From: Octopus sinensis | Lineage: Eukaryota | Direction: 5' to 3' | DNA length: 64,000 nt | Assembly: GCF_006345805.1 (NCBI RefSeq) | Contig: NC_042998.1 | Coordinates: 88,970,001-89,034,000, forward strand | Shown: positions 1-13,148 of the stretch, piece by piece | How positions within the stretch are numbered: the stretch's first letter is position 1 | Layout of the letters: every line of letters begins with the position of its first letter | Made by a program: the position numbers and the translations under genes | The notes under the pieces: model-generated | Databases searched by the model: none | What the model was told of the DNA's origin: nothing | The model's input: only the letters and a program-made list of their open reading frames with translations

Positions 1-299
1 TGAAAATTGTACATTGATTATGTGCTGTTGAGAGTAGGAGAAAGAAAGTTGTAAGTAGAATGTTAAGTTTATTGTCTGTCTAAAAGGTTTACTAAAGTAA
101 AAGTGGAAGTGTTACTATATAGGGATGCTGATATGTGTGCAGTGAAATTTAAATAGTGAGAAGGTTGAAAGAAGAAAAGAAGTAAAATGTGAAGGATATG
201 CCTAGCTTGATCTTTGTTGGGTGGCACTATTAATACGGCATTGATGTTATTTTCCCATTGCACAAATTGAATTTATTTACATAGGTACACCTTACAAAT

Positions 300-570
300 A
301 TTTCCTTTCTTGAATTCAGAAGTTACTGGAGCTCATTGATTTCAGCAGGATGTGTATTCTTTCTGCTGTACAAAGCCTGCATTTCTTTGATCCATTTGTG
401 CATGATTTTGCTTTTTCAAAAACCCTTTATTTAATACTGAACTCAATAATTGTGTCTCCTATTTTCCTGTAGTGGTTTGCAAATATTGTAAAATTCCTTT
501 TGTCAGTGTATGTGAAAAATGACTTCTCATTGTTAAAACTTTCTTGAGTGCATAAGTAGTGTCTTATCCT
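300..570 (-). mobile_element. Degenerate Penelope-like element GIY-YIG endonuclease C-terminal remnant
   Basis: Minus strand reads approximately KKAKSCTNGSKKCRLCTAERIHIL, resembling the PLE C-terminal motif (xxYxNGSKRCxLCLxEKxxI). Frameshifted. Boundaries approximate. Confidence 0.5.
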
Positions 571-574
571 GGCA

Positions 575-2420
575 TAAATTTAAATTACCTCTTGGCTAAT
601 TATTTTCCTAATCAATTGAGCTATAACTTTCTCAGTAAATTTTATATACTGGTTCAACTATATGATGCCTCAGTTATTTGTCTCTTTGTAGGTTAACTTC
701 ATCCTTGTATTATTTAATGACAATATAGCTTCATCAGTCATTTACTGAATATGCATGTGACTAAAACATGATCAATTTCACCAGATATTTGAAATACTTC
801 AGTAACTATCTTTGATTGTCCAGCTACCTTGTCTGCTTTCATATCCCTAATTGTGCTTTCTACCATAAGCTCTAACTTTAGTCGTTGATCCTTTGAATAG
901 AGGCCTACATGGGATAGCCCTTTCCTCACTCTCTCATGCATTCTCCTCTTCCATCAATGTCTTGTCACAACATTTCCATGCCACTTTGTTTTCAGCATCA
1001 GTAAGAAGCAGTCTTCTCTTTTGCCTACTCTAACTGATTCCTCTGATACCCTGTTTTTCTGTCAGCACCTTATTACTCTACCATTCAGCTGCATTAACAT
1101 TACATGTTGTGAAGTATATTTCATTAATTTCTTTCTATTAGCTAATCTTCTTTATTCAAGGTCCATGTGTTGCTGCTATGCAGCATTATGCTTTGTACAC
1201 ATGCATCATACAGTCTGCCCTTCCCTCTGATAATGAAAAGAACAGATTTTTATAATATATATGTACAAAAGGAAATTCTCTCTTCCTTGTTCTTATTCAG
1301 TAATAGCCAGAATAAAAAGAGGGTGGAGAGAATTGCCTCCAGAGTTAATAGCTTTATGATCTTTCTCGCTGCCATTCTTACTTGGACTGTAATACTTTCA
1401 CTACACCCCATTCCTCCATTGCTAATTAGGTTCCCAAGGTTACAAAGCTATCAACTACTTATAATGAGCCTTATGAGATTTGAAAGAATTTCTTTTGCAT
1501 GAATTCTTACTCCCAATTGCACTTGTGCATCTGTTACATACAAAATATGTTTTGACAGTCAACCTGCCACTGGTCCTACTACACCACTTGTGCATCTATA
1601 TTGTACACTGAGTATGGAATTTCTATCCACTCTTTTTCTGCATATTGGACATAATCATTTCCCTCTTACCTCTAGAGTCCTGTCTTCTCTCCTACTTACT
1701 TAAACTTTAGTCATTGCTAAGTTTACTTTGCAGTCTCTTGGTTTCAGGTTTGTTTCCAAGTCTATTAAATCTACGAGTTTCTCTGGAAAGCCAATCTTAA
1801 ACTCTTTTATGGTATGTAGAACTATAAGAAACTGGAGCTGAAAACTGAGTGCTGATTGATCTGTACTGACATACTGAATTCATTATTGAACTCATTACTA
1901 ACCCTTACCTGCTGATTGTGCCTAATATCACCATATCACAGAGCATGGAACCCTGTGAAGGACTTAGGCTAATTTTGCTTCTAATCAATTTTGCTAGAAC
2001 TCTTTCAGGAACTTTCATTACCTGGTCCAACAGTTTTCTTCCTCTATTATTGCTTCTCTCTAGATCATCTTTTTGCCCAAGTAGTAGGTGACAATGCTTC
2101 TACTTCCCTATTGATCTTGATTGTCCTGCTTGTTTGTCTTCACATCCTTAATAATGCTTCCAGTTTGGAGAAGCTCCTCTTTCTCCCATGCATTTTTCTC
2201 ATTCAGCAACCTCATAATTGCATTTCTCTGCCTCTCTCAGCATCAGTAAAAACAAGTTGTTTTTATCATTTCATTTGCTCTTCTCCCCAACAATATTTTG
2301 ATAGTTCTCTCGTAAGCTGCTTTATAATCTAGAAACCTTGCACCTTGATCTCCAAATCAAAGAACGTTGGCAAACAACATACTTTTTGGCATCTCCTCTC
2401 CTGAGTATATCTTATATCTA
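575..2420 (-). mobile_element. Two consecutive degenerate RTE-like LINE fragments (same family as 27785-29730)
   Basis: Minus-strand remnants: LTDAENKVAWK..MKADKVAGQSKIVTEVFQISG (740-1050), LLDQVMKVPERVLA (about 2000-2040), Cys-rich HKWCSRTSGRL..FVCNRCTSAI (about 1510-1600), KGRLYDACVQSIMLHSSNTW (about 1160-1225). The pre-RT/RT start occurs twice, so there are two fragments. Confidence 0.7.
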
Positions 2421-2699
2421 AGTTCTCTTTTAGCGACTTTGCTGATCTTCCAGTCTTTCTAAGCCTTCTCTTAATCTTTATAGCTTTATTTTTATAAACT
2501 TTTGAGAGGACATGAAATAATTCTTCTTGTTTGGAACTGCATTTCAAAGTACATATAAAACTATAAATAATAGCATTCAAATATTGGACTACTACTACTG
2601 ATGATGAGGATGATGACGATGATGATTAAGATTGTCCTGTATGTATCTCAAGATGACCAGGTTATCCACTTTGCTCTTTGTGGGTCCTCAGGTGGCTTA

Positions 2700-3165
2700 T
2701 TAGGTCAATTTAACATGGAATTTATAGTTACAATGGGCAGGGGGGTCATGTAGTATCAGAGTCAGGATTCAGTGGGCTCTTGCTTTTCTCTGCAGCCTTT
2801 CTATCTTTAGCTTCTCTGGCCATAGCAGATTCAGAGTACTGTACTCCAGAATACATATCACTATGATTCTGAGCAAGATGGCTGCAAATAGACTGCGTAA
2901 GGTGCTCTATGCTACAATTTTCCAAGATTGTCTTCAGTGTGTCCTTGTATCTCTTCTTTGGTCTACCATGGACTTGAGAGTCAACTGTTAGTTCACCAAA
3001 AGAAGATCTGTTTAGGAAGTCTGGAGTTGGGCATGCATGCTATATGTCTACTCCACTGCAGCTGGAATTTGCTCAAGAAAGCATACATGCTTCACATATT
3101 TGCTTTTTCAAGCACAGTTGTATTAGGAGTTTTATCCTGCCACCAGGAAAAACTTATGTTGAACC
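2700..3165 (-). mobile_element. RTE-BovB-like LINE 3' fragment, degenerate
   Basis: Minus strand gives WQDKTPNTTVLEKAN..QLQWSRHIACMPNSRLPKQIF.GEL..GRPKKRYKDTLK, typical of the RTE post-RT region. Confidence 0.75.
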
Positions 3166-3482
3166 ACTAATACTAATACTGCTGCTACTATTACTTTTAC
3201 TATTAATATATCATTGCTGTGGTTGTAATATTTAAGGTGGTGATGGTGGTTACAGTAGTAGTAGTTGCCACCAGTTGATTCTACGATATTGAGGGTTTAT
3301 TCAGAATTTGAAGTAGTACAGTCCAGTATTTTTAGGAAAATTTCAAATGATATCTTTTCAATATCAGTTGGTTATTTGATATATTCTCTATCAAATACTT
3401 TTGTAGCAACCAGAGAAAGTTTTGGCTGTCCAGTTTTTCACCAATTTACTGGACCAGTAAGAATCTAGTATTTGCTCAGCTA

Positions 3483-5760
3483 TTTGGGCTATATAAAACA
3501 GAACTAAAAAGAAATTACCTCAAATTTTTTTTCTATCTTTTGTTGCTTTGTGCTTTTATTTTACTCCCTTTCAACTGTAATCCACCAGAGTAGCACCATG
3601 GAACAGAGTACCATTTGTTCCTTCATATTTTGGCTGTCTTAAATGAAAAGGCATATTGAAGCTGGACATGGCATCAGTTCACTGTATCTCATACTCTCTC
3701 AGTTTCCTGTATCAGTTATAATATTTCCTTTTTTGTTTACCTTAGTGTCATTATCTCTCTCACCTGATAATGTGTCACTCAAAAGAAACTCTTAAGTTCA
3801 AAAACATATGTGTAACAGTATTTCTAGAACATTGAATTACACATTTGACTTTACAAATATAAACATATGTATAAGTGTGTAAGGATTTTCTGCAACATAT
3901 GCTTTTATTAAGGTTGTAATTTGAAACTTATTTTTCTGTGCTTGAATTACTGTAAATCATGACCTTAAGAAGAACTGTTTAAGTACTTTGGATTGTAGTA
4001 TCACTTTGATTGGAAGAGATCTACTCTTCTGTTGGTACATAGAAAATAAAAGAGAACTATTATAATTCATTTATTGCTATTATCTCTGAGTATCTATATT
4101 TCCTATATTAGTAACTACTGACATGATTGAACAACTCAGTTTGTGTTTCCAGGTGCATTTTGATATGAATGCATTATTGATCTCAACATTTAATCAAATA
4201 GACTTCTTTCTGATAATAGCTATGAAATCTTCACAATTTGTATTCTGACTTACTACTATCACCTCAATGTCTCAGACTACATATTTTTTTTTTTTCAGTT
4301 GATAGTGAACTTAAAGTTACTCCTTGTCTGGCCTAATAATCTGGCTTTCTGTTTTCATGTTTGAGCCCTTTGCTCTTGACACTCAACATAATGCCAAAGA
4401 CTATGTGTTTTAGCTAATTATTTATTTGCTTCAGCCAGAGACAGTACACACCAGCTATGGAGTGTCAATTTAGATTATGCAATTACCAGGTAACTTAAAT
4501 CAATCTTAGCAGAGAATATTGTGAGCTTAATATTAGTTACTATAATTTTACTGCATAGAATTTCAAAACCAACTATTTCACTTTACTAACTGGCTCAGTT
4601 TTCTCTAGAACTTAACTAAATAGGAATGTATACTAATACTTTAATACCATCGCTTATTCACTTTTTACAAACTCACTTGTTTGAAAGCATGCACACACAT
4701 ACACGCACACACACACACACACACACTATGCAGACTCACTTGTACCTTGTATGCACATCATGCAGACTCACTTGCATTTTGTACATATGCATGCACATAT
4801 CATGAAGATCCACATTTTGCTTGAGAAGTACATGTTGTATGTTAACTATTCATTATCTGTAGCATTCACATTTTTGAGTTCAGCTTTTACTACCTTTTGG
4901 TTTTCTATCGAGCCTCATTGAATTCATTTCCTAGCAATTTAGGAGGCTAATATGGTGATGTCATGCAAGCAGATGAAATTTTGGTTCTTCACAGTTTTCC
5001 ATGTTTATTGGACTTTTAGGAATTCAATATTCTTTCAGATAGTTTGGCTATATAAAGAATCATTGTCGTAGTTTTTTAGGACAGTAGTAAACCTTTACCT
5101 TACTCTTTTTCAACTGTAACCCAATAGAGCAGCACTTTAGAATTGGCTATTTATCCACTTACATTCCACTTGTATTTAATTTAGAACACACACTTAAACT
5201 GAATAAAAAAATTAATTCACTGTATCTTATCTTCTGTCAGTTCCTGTTTTTTTTTTTTTATTTACCTTAATGCATTTATCTGCTCTCACCATGCATAGCA
5301 CTCAAAGGAATGTATCTATATAACACCATTTCTATAGCAATGAATTACATATTTGACTTTAGAAGCATGAACATATGAGCATGAACAGAAGCACTTTCTA
5401 CCACACAAACCCTGCTTCAATATTGTTGTAATGTTAAACTTATTTTTTTTTTGTGTATGAGTTACTGTTCATTTCAAACCCATACACCACCTACCTTTGA
5501 AAGAATAAGTATTATTTAATGAATTATAGTATCACTAAGGTGAGACATTTGGTGGTTTGTAGAAAATGAATAAGAATTACTATAATTAACATATTGTTGT
5601 TATTGCAATGCATCTCTATTTTCTACACTCTCCTTGTATCATACATATCAAAATTACCAAAATGTCATCATCAAATTTTCATGTGCATTTTTCTTGTGTC
5701 ATAAGAACGGGAAGGATTGACAAGCTTAAATAATTATAGCATTTCTTTCACCATGACTTT
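3483..5760 (+). repeat. Old diverged direct duplication (about 3483-4200 vs about 5043-5700)
   Basis: Colinear anchors: TTACTCYYTTTCAACTGTAA (about 3561/5100), TTCACTGTATCT (3678/5216), GAATTACAYATTTGACTTTA (3834/5343), AAACTTATTTTT, TAGTATCACT. Confidence 0.65.
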
Positions 5761-6011
5761 GTGACTGAATATGTTTCCCCCATGACACATTATTCTAGTC
5801 TTACTCAGTGCTGATAAAGTAGCTGGTTTGCTTATTTTTGTGTGTTGAAACAAAGAAATGTAACTTCATTGGATGTATATAGTGTGTGGAAGGGGCAAAA
5901 AATCAAGCACTTTAACGAATTTATCACCAATATTGTTTGTTCGTCAGATTTGTTGGAAATAATGTAACTGAGAAAATAAAGATGGTTTTGATTTAAAGTA
6001 TTTGTTTATAG

Positions 6012-6574
6012 TAGCGGTCCTTAACCTGGGTCTAATCTCCTCCTTGAGGTATTATTGTGGTTGGCTATAGAGGGATACCAGGTTTTCAGAGAGGATATGA
6101 TTGTTTTTAGAAATGAAATATTTCAACCAGTTTGTATACTTATACTTTAAAATATTTTCAAAGAAATCTTTGTCTGGATTAAAATATGAATAAGTCACTG
6201 TGTTTTGGTGCACAGAATCATGACTGATGGTGCACCAATATAATTACATTATGCAAGTTATTACCTTCTGAAGTAAGTTCCACAAAAATTTAACATGTGT
6301 GCATGTGACGGTTTTGATCCATACAAATTTCTGAAAAGAGGCACAAACTAGATAGTATACTAGAAGAAATTATGAATAATAAACAACTGTACAAAATTCA
6401 CTTCTGTTTGATTAAACTAATTCAACTATTTCTTGAGAGAGTTTAGATAGTTTTTTTTCCTTTTTTTTTCTTTTCTTTTTCTTTTTTTTTTTAGCAAAAC
6501 ATGAGGAAGAGACATTTGTAAAACACCATTTAGTGAAAGGGGTCACTGAGCTATAAAAAGGTTGCAAACCACTG
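6012..6574. mobile_element. hAT-Charlie-like non-autonomous element
   Basis: Ends TAGCGGTCCTTAACC and GGTTGCAAACCACTG resemble Charlie-type TIRs (CAGTGGTTCYCAACC). The 8-bp TSD is poorly preserved. Confidence 0.4.
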
Positions 6575-6754
6575 GTATATTAATCAGATTTAATTTGTGT
6601 TTTGTTATTGAACTTTCAGCTTTTTGTATCTTTGTTTTTGTTTATTTGTTCTTTTCTTTTCATTTGTCTTCCCTGTATCACAATTAGTTCAAAATTCATT
6701 ACAATTCATTGAAATGTCACCTAATAGTTTTGTGATCTTATTTTTCTTTACTAG

Positions 6755-6842
6755 GTTCAATGGTCAATCAAAACTAGCAGTTAAAGCTGTGGAAGATATT
6801 CACCATAGGGCCACATATGAACTTTATGCAGATGTTCTGCTT
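6755..6842 (+). CDS. Internal coding exon of an unidentified protein (FNGQSKLAVKAVEDIHHRATYELYADVLL)
   Basis: Polypyrimidine tract plus TAG acceptor at 6752-6754, open frame, GTAAGT donor at 6843. Ends in phase 0, matching the exon at 15782. Confidence 0.75.
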
Positions 6843-8032
6843 GTAAGTAGTTTATGGCTTAAATACATATTAATAATGTTTTGAAATGTTGAAGATGGCT
6901 TCAGATCTCAGAATTTTCATAATTGTCTTGTATAAGCATTGGGTTATTAAGTTGCCTACCTATCTGCTACATCTGGTTTTCATCTATTTGATAAGAAATG
7001 TCTTTGTCAAATGGTTTCATTACAGTGTATGGTATAACTCCTTTGATCTCCATATCCCATACAATCTGATGTGCTTAAAACTTTGGTTCTGATGTCCAAA
7101 ATCTTCTGTCTGTACATTAACAATCTACTTGTCATTTCCAACAACATTAATTCTTTCTTTACTATAGCACCAACATTTGTGAGAATTTGCCTTTTGCCCT
7201 TATAGGGAACAAGGCTACTGCAGGAGTACTGGTAACATGATAGAATATTTCACTGTAAAGTGATTTACAATCAAGCAAATACAACACGTGTTCTACAGGA
7301 CCCTTTAGTCCTATGTTGTTGGAAGCATGGCATTCTTTAGTGTTGATGCTGTGATAGACTATACACGATACACTTAGTAAAGTGTTTGGTGTTAGGAAGG
7401 GTGTCTAGCTATCTAAGTTTCATTCGGTTTTTGTGCAGGGCCCTGTTTTGATTAACCGTAGAAATCAAATTGGCCCTAGTGTTTTACTAGCATATTACTG
7501 GTATTAATTTTATTTGATCTCATCAAGATTTAAAGTCACAAATGTGAAATAGCAATGGAAATATCATTAACCAAATACCTTATTTTCTTTGTTTGCTGAA
7601 AACTTCTACATTGTTTTATCTAATGGGATTTTCAGGCGTAGCCATATAAGCAGCTTTATAGGAAGGGAAAGCTGAAACTAAATTCTTTGGGTAATCCAAA
7701 CATTGAGATAAAATGTGTGCATAGCTAAATACTTTGTTTGCTTTATTGTCATAATATTATCCAGCAATAATATCTAGGAATTTAGCATTTCATTAAAAAT
7801 TTTTTTTGTCTCATGGGTTATATATGCAACACATAGTTGAAGAAGTATTTGACAATATAATTTTCTCTGCTGCTAATCTATATCCCTTTTCCCTGCAGTA
7901 TACATTCAATTATGATATTATCTATCAGGGTTAGAATGTGAATCAACAGCTTTATATATCAAATGTCAACCCAACCTTACCAAACTTTTATAGTTGATTG
8001 ACCCAAGGTATGATAATATTTATCAAAATTAG

Positions 8033-8247
8033 TAAGGTGACGAGTTGGCAGAAACATTAGCATGCTGGGTGAAATGCTTAGCAGTATTTCGTCTGTCTTT
8101 ACATTCTGAGTTCAAATTCTGCCGAGGTCGACTTTGCCTTTCATCCTTTTGGGGTCAATAAATTAAGCACCAGTTGCGTACTGGGGTCGATCTAATTGAC
8201 TGGCCCCCTCCCCCAAAATTTCGGGCCTTGTGCCTAGAGTAGAAAAG
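8033..8247 (+). mobile_element. tRNA-derived SINE (family A) with 18-bp TSD
   Basis: A/B-box-like head (TGGCAGAAACATTAG, GAGTTCAAATTC). Flanked by AATATTTATCAAAATTAG at 8015-8032 and 8248-8265. Confidence 0.85.
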
Positions 8248-9175
8248 AATATTTATCAAAATTAGCAGGATGTTTGAGGCCTTTGAGGAACAATTGCTTC
8301 ATGTAAGCATTACAAAGGTTCATTTTTTTTCACAGTGTAATTAGTTTAAACTGGGTGAAAGTATCAGATGTGTCTATTTAATAATTTGCCCCTGACATAC
8401 CTCTTTAAGTTCTAAAAGTGTATGGAGCTATGTATTTTATTTTGTGTATTCACCTCACATTTTCTATGATGTTTTTCTTTAGTGTTGTAGAGATTTGATG
8501 CATTTTTAGTACAACTTATTTATTTTTTAACTACTAAATCCACTTTTAAAATTGCCCAGCTTGCTGTTAGTGAAGTGGTAGATATCTTCTTGCTTATTAG
8601 TGACATGGTAGATATTTTTAATCCCAATGATTAATGCAAAGAGTACAATAGTTGTCCCTCTTATATATATGTTTATAATATGACTGGTGAGTGAAATGTT
8701 AATTTTCTTAATCTGTATTATTATTATGCCTATCACTGTATTTATTCATTTGTTACGCTTCAAAAACAATTAAAAACTGTCTCCTCAAAGAGAATCAAAA
8801 AGTGAAAATGTATCATCCGGTTGAGCTTGTCATTAGTGATTCTCATGTTAATTGGGTTTGTGTATTCCTACAACCCAAAGATATATTCTGATGTGAATTT
8901 TCTTCTGGAGAGCAGTTAGGCTGGTGTACCATTTTAGTAGAGGAACCAATTAAGCAATGATCATGGTGAAACCCATTAGATGTATGAAGATAGAATCATA
9001 TTGATGGCATTGACCAGAGTCACTTAGATTCTGAAAATGAAACCACTACTGCTGACATTTGTAGAACTTGTGATCATGAATATAATTTAGGTACCAAAAC
9101 AAGAAGGAAAAATGTTTCATACAAATGATATCTTAATTATTTAAAACCATCTGTGAAAAAATCTACAGCATCGCA

Positions 9176-9374
9176 TATGAGGGGATACTGAAAAGAAAAT
9201 ACAAGAGGATCAGTTAATTATAATTTTATTCAACATATTCCCCTCTCAGATCCACACAATTATTGCAGCAGTCTTTCAGTTTTTCTAAGCCCTGTAAAAG
9301 AACTGGGAAGGTCAGGCCTTCAGCCAGGCCTTTCACAATACTCTTAAAACCAGGAGCTTTTCAGCACCCCTTGT
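9176..9374 (-). mobile_element. Mariner-derived MITE, degenerate copy of 49944-50152
   Basis: TIR-like ends TATGAGGGGATACTGAAAAG and TTTTCAGCACCCCTTGT. The interior matches the 49944-50152 copy in reverse orientation. Confidence 0.7.
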
Positions 9375-10199
9375 TTATTCACTCAAATAAGAATCTAAAT
9401 GTGTGCTATGAGTATCAATGCCCCTCTATCTCTCTATTTTCTTTTGCATAATTCCTCAGCAATTCAACAACAGACTTCCATCATTGCTAGATGCTTTATA
9501 GCATTTAGTAAGCATTCTTCTGTCAACCATTTACTTTCCTATCAGAATGGAGTACTCTCATCTTTTTATAATTGCATTTTCTAAGGAAACAGACATTTTC
9601 CTTGGTAAATAATTCAATTTTGTAGGTAAATATGTTTCTTTTTTTTTTTTACGAAGGTAAACATGTTCACCTTCACTTTAGACAAAGTAAACACTTTTAC
9701 TTTGCATTAAAAAAGGCAAACATTTTGCATTACAAACTTCATTCTGATTTCATAATTATTCGAAAGAACAAAAGAAAGAATGAGATAATAAAAGCAAAAG
9801 ATGAGAAAAGAACAAAGACAGGAAGCTGAAGAAAGTTTTATTCCAAACCAATGATTAGAAAGAGCCAACAACATGACTTTGCACAAACGTGTACAATATC
9901 AATAGTATCAAAAGGAAAATCAACAAATACAAAGAGGAAATATCAAAAGGTGAACAAAGCTGATTATATAAAAAAATGGAAGGTGAACAAAGCTGATTAT
10001 ATCAACGCTGATTATATCAAGATATCTGTTATAATACTATTCCACACATACAAAAACAGCCATACCAACAATCCAACATACCTCCATCATCAGCTGCCCG
10101 ATGGATATCATTATGGTTTCAATACTTGGGCAGTACCATTCAATCCAGGGGTGTCAACAGCACTAAAATAAGTATTGTTTGGGAACAGGCATCAATAGA

Positions 10200-11090
10200 G
10201 TAAAGTGTGATAATATTAATGAAGAACAGCAGGCAGAATATCAAGGACTTTATAAAAAGTGTCAGGGGCAATGAGAAAATATAAATAAAGAATACATAGT
10301 TGCTTAATTTGAAAAACTTAAAACAAGAAGAAGGCAATGTTAGAAACAAGTTAGTGCTCTTTTGACATGTCATCACAATGTACAAGTTACTGTTGACTCA
10401 TGAAAATTCAAAGATCTTGTCTTCACTGTGACATTTTGAGATTTCGGAAAGAAGTCTCTAAACTGTTACCATCATAATAAAATGTGACTTGCTTCCCTAC
10501 AGTCTTATTCTAATAAACTGACATATTCTTTGAGAGTAACAATAAGAAAGCTAATAATTTCATGAAAAATATCCCAAATTATGTGTGTAGTTTCTTTTAC
10601 TTCATTTTGATGCATAATTAGTAGACCTGTTCTTATTGTTTTAGAATTCAAGGACATACTATTCTATATCTTTACATGGAGCTTACGACCAACTTTCCAC
10701 TATTGTTGCCAATGAACTTTACAATACTAAATAAAAGCACCCAAATATTTAAAATGTTTGCCTAATGTGACGAACACAATACAACAGATTATTAATTTTC
10801 ATAATCCATACACTGAACTATATTAAAAATATGTTTGGTAGAATGGCAAGACCACATACATGCACTGGGTTCCCTATAAATATGAATTGCTCTTCAGATG
10901 AGGTCTGACATTAGGCAGTACAATATTCTTATAAGTAATAAAATTGCTTCTCCATTTATTTGTGAAAATGGTACTCCTCCAGGAAATAGTGTATTATAAT
11001 CCATCCAAGAACATTCATCTCAAAGTTATCTCACCATCTTCACCTGATGTGTTACCATCTTTTACTTTTCAATGGTGAACTTGTATGGAA
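10200..11090 (+). mobile_element. Degenerate Helitron Rep-helicase N-terminal remnant
   Basis: Ordered motif remnants: SCLHC (about 10405), NIPNYVCSF (10568), RIQG (10643), RQYN (10914), YHLLLFNGELVW (about 11053). The order matches Helitron N-terminal motifs (NIRxYN, FRIxGQ, RxYNxP, YPLLFPxGExGW). Confidence 0.7.
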
Positions 11091-11659
11091 CAAATAAATA
11101 TACAGCATATTGAAGAATAATGAACACATGTTTATAAGGTACTTAGATAAGAGTTCTCTTATTATTGTCTTGCATGCAGAGGTTTGTTTCAGTGTCATTC
11201 CAAGATCAGGAGAGCTTTTTCAACAATTCTTGAAGATTGGTATATATATATATATATATATATACATACATACATACATACATACATACATACACACATA
11301 CACACATACATACATATACAGTTTGTAAGAAAGAATCTATTTCAGCTGAGAATTGAACCATTTGATAGACAAATGAATCCCCTTACAGCTAAAGACCAGA
11401 ATTTATTATGTTTTTACTGACACTACAAGCTATTTAAATCTTTATTTTTCAATTAGCAGGCTCTGGTGTAACACTTCTCCACACCTACACTTCTAGTTTA
11501 GATAGCATCACAGAAATATGACCTCAGATTTTAAAAAAATCATTACCTTGAAGTTTGAAACAAAAGATCCTTCTGCTGTTAAATTCATCCAAATACCATC
11601 CTACCTATGCCAGTATCTGTTATTCTCTGGTTAACATGCTTATACATTCACTACTACAG

Positions 11660-11709
<50 letters not shown>

Positions 11710-11731
<22 letters not shown>

Positions 11732-11890
11732 TTTGAAATTTACAGAAAAACAAAAGATGGAGACAGGTGTATGAACAAGCAAGTGTAATAGTTTGATGCT
11801 TGGGATGGTGAGAAAGTGTTTTACGTTTCGAGCCTATGCTCTTCAACAGAAAGGAATAAGAGAAAATAAACAGAGAGAATAAAAAAAACT
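11710..11890 (-). mobile_element. Dispersed PLE-LTR-like repeat with hammerhead-like motif (CUGUUGA variant)
   Basis: Minus strand 11852-11819: TTT CTGTTGA A GAGC ATAG GCTC GAAA CGT A AAA. Homologous copies at 34700-34875 (-) and, degenerate, at 33790-33900 (+). Confidence 0.55.
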
Positions 11891-12173
11891 TGTGGATTTA
11901 GCAGTCAAGCATGGTGACTGGTTGGAAAAAAAGATTTGACAGAAGAGATAGAAAGAAGGGGAGATAATAAAGTATTGATGATCCCAAAACGAAGGTGTGC
12001 AGGCATGTGTGTGTATATGAGTATGTGTGTGTGTAGATAGGGGCTAGTGACTTTGATGTGTGTGGATTTTGCCTGTGTGTGTGCATCTGTAATGTGTAAG
12101 TGTGTGGATGATGGTGTGTGGTGTGGGTGCTGGGAAATGGTCAGTGCTAGTGTGTGGAGTTGTGTGAGGTGGG

Positions 12174-12217
<44 letters not shown>

Positions 12218-12219
<2 letters not shown>

Positions 12220-13112
12220 TGATCTGATCAATAAGAATCCGGACTTTTACTTTAGTAACGAAGCTAAAGTATGCAGAATAAAGCAGCTTGGCACAGATTG
12301 ACCTTGAACTCTGCTCTGCATGTGCATTAAGTTTTAATGTTCTGTCTCACTTCTACTGTTTACAACTGTGCTTGGAAGGAACATGTGTATCATGTGATCG
12401 TTGTGTTGACCATGACAGAATAAGTTGAGCAGAGTAGCTGCATCAAATTTCACCAAAAGCTTGGCAAAACCTGCTCAGAGGCCCATGCAATGTTTTCAAA
12501 AAGTTTTCATCATTCTCGACACAATCAAGGAGGTCTTGTACAACTGAAACCCAAGTGTCCTTTTGGTCAGCTAAAAGCAGTTTTGGCACAAACTTGATAG
12601 ACATGCATCTCATATCCAAATCTCCAGTGATAATGGACTGAACTGGACTGTAACTAATCTGTACATCCTCTGCTAACTAATGGATGGTGATTCAATGATT
12701 TCACCTCGTAGCTGCACGCGCCTCTGCAATGTTGTTCTCATTTCCGCTAATTTTGGGTCTCCCAGAACGTTCATCACTATCGACATTTTCCCGGCCATCT
12801 TGGAAACGTCTGAATCACTCATACACTTGTGTACTGCTCATACACTCCTCTCCCTATACTTTCTGCAACTTTGCATAAGGCTCTCAGTAAGTATCACCAT
12901 GACCACTTTCTCTGTCATGGTCAATGTGACGATCACATGCTACACACGATCCTTCCAAGCACTGTTGTAAGCAGTGAAAGTGAGCTAGAACGTTAAAACT
13001 TAGTGTGCATGCACGGCAGAGTCCGAGGTCAATCTGTGTCAAGCATCTTTACTCTGTGTGCTGAAGCTTCATTACTATGGCAACAGTCCGGATACTTATC
13101 GATCATACCACG
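12218..13112. mobile_element. Mariner element made of two inverted 5' halves
   Basis: Outer TIRs (..TGATCAATAAGAATCCGGAC / GTCCGGATACTTATCGATCA..), TA at the right end. Transposase N-terminus on + (EQSSCIKFHQKLGKTCSEAHA). On - strand: FRRFQDGRENVDSDERSGRP and LAEDVQISYSPVQSIITGDLDMRCMSIKFVPKLL..VENDENFLKTL. Confidence 0.85.
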
Positions 13113-13148
13113 TATATATGATGATATATTTATATATATATATGATAT

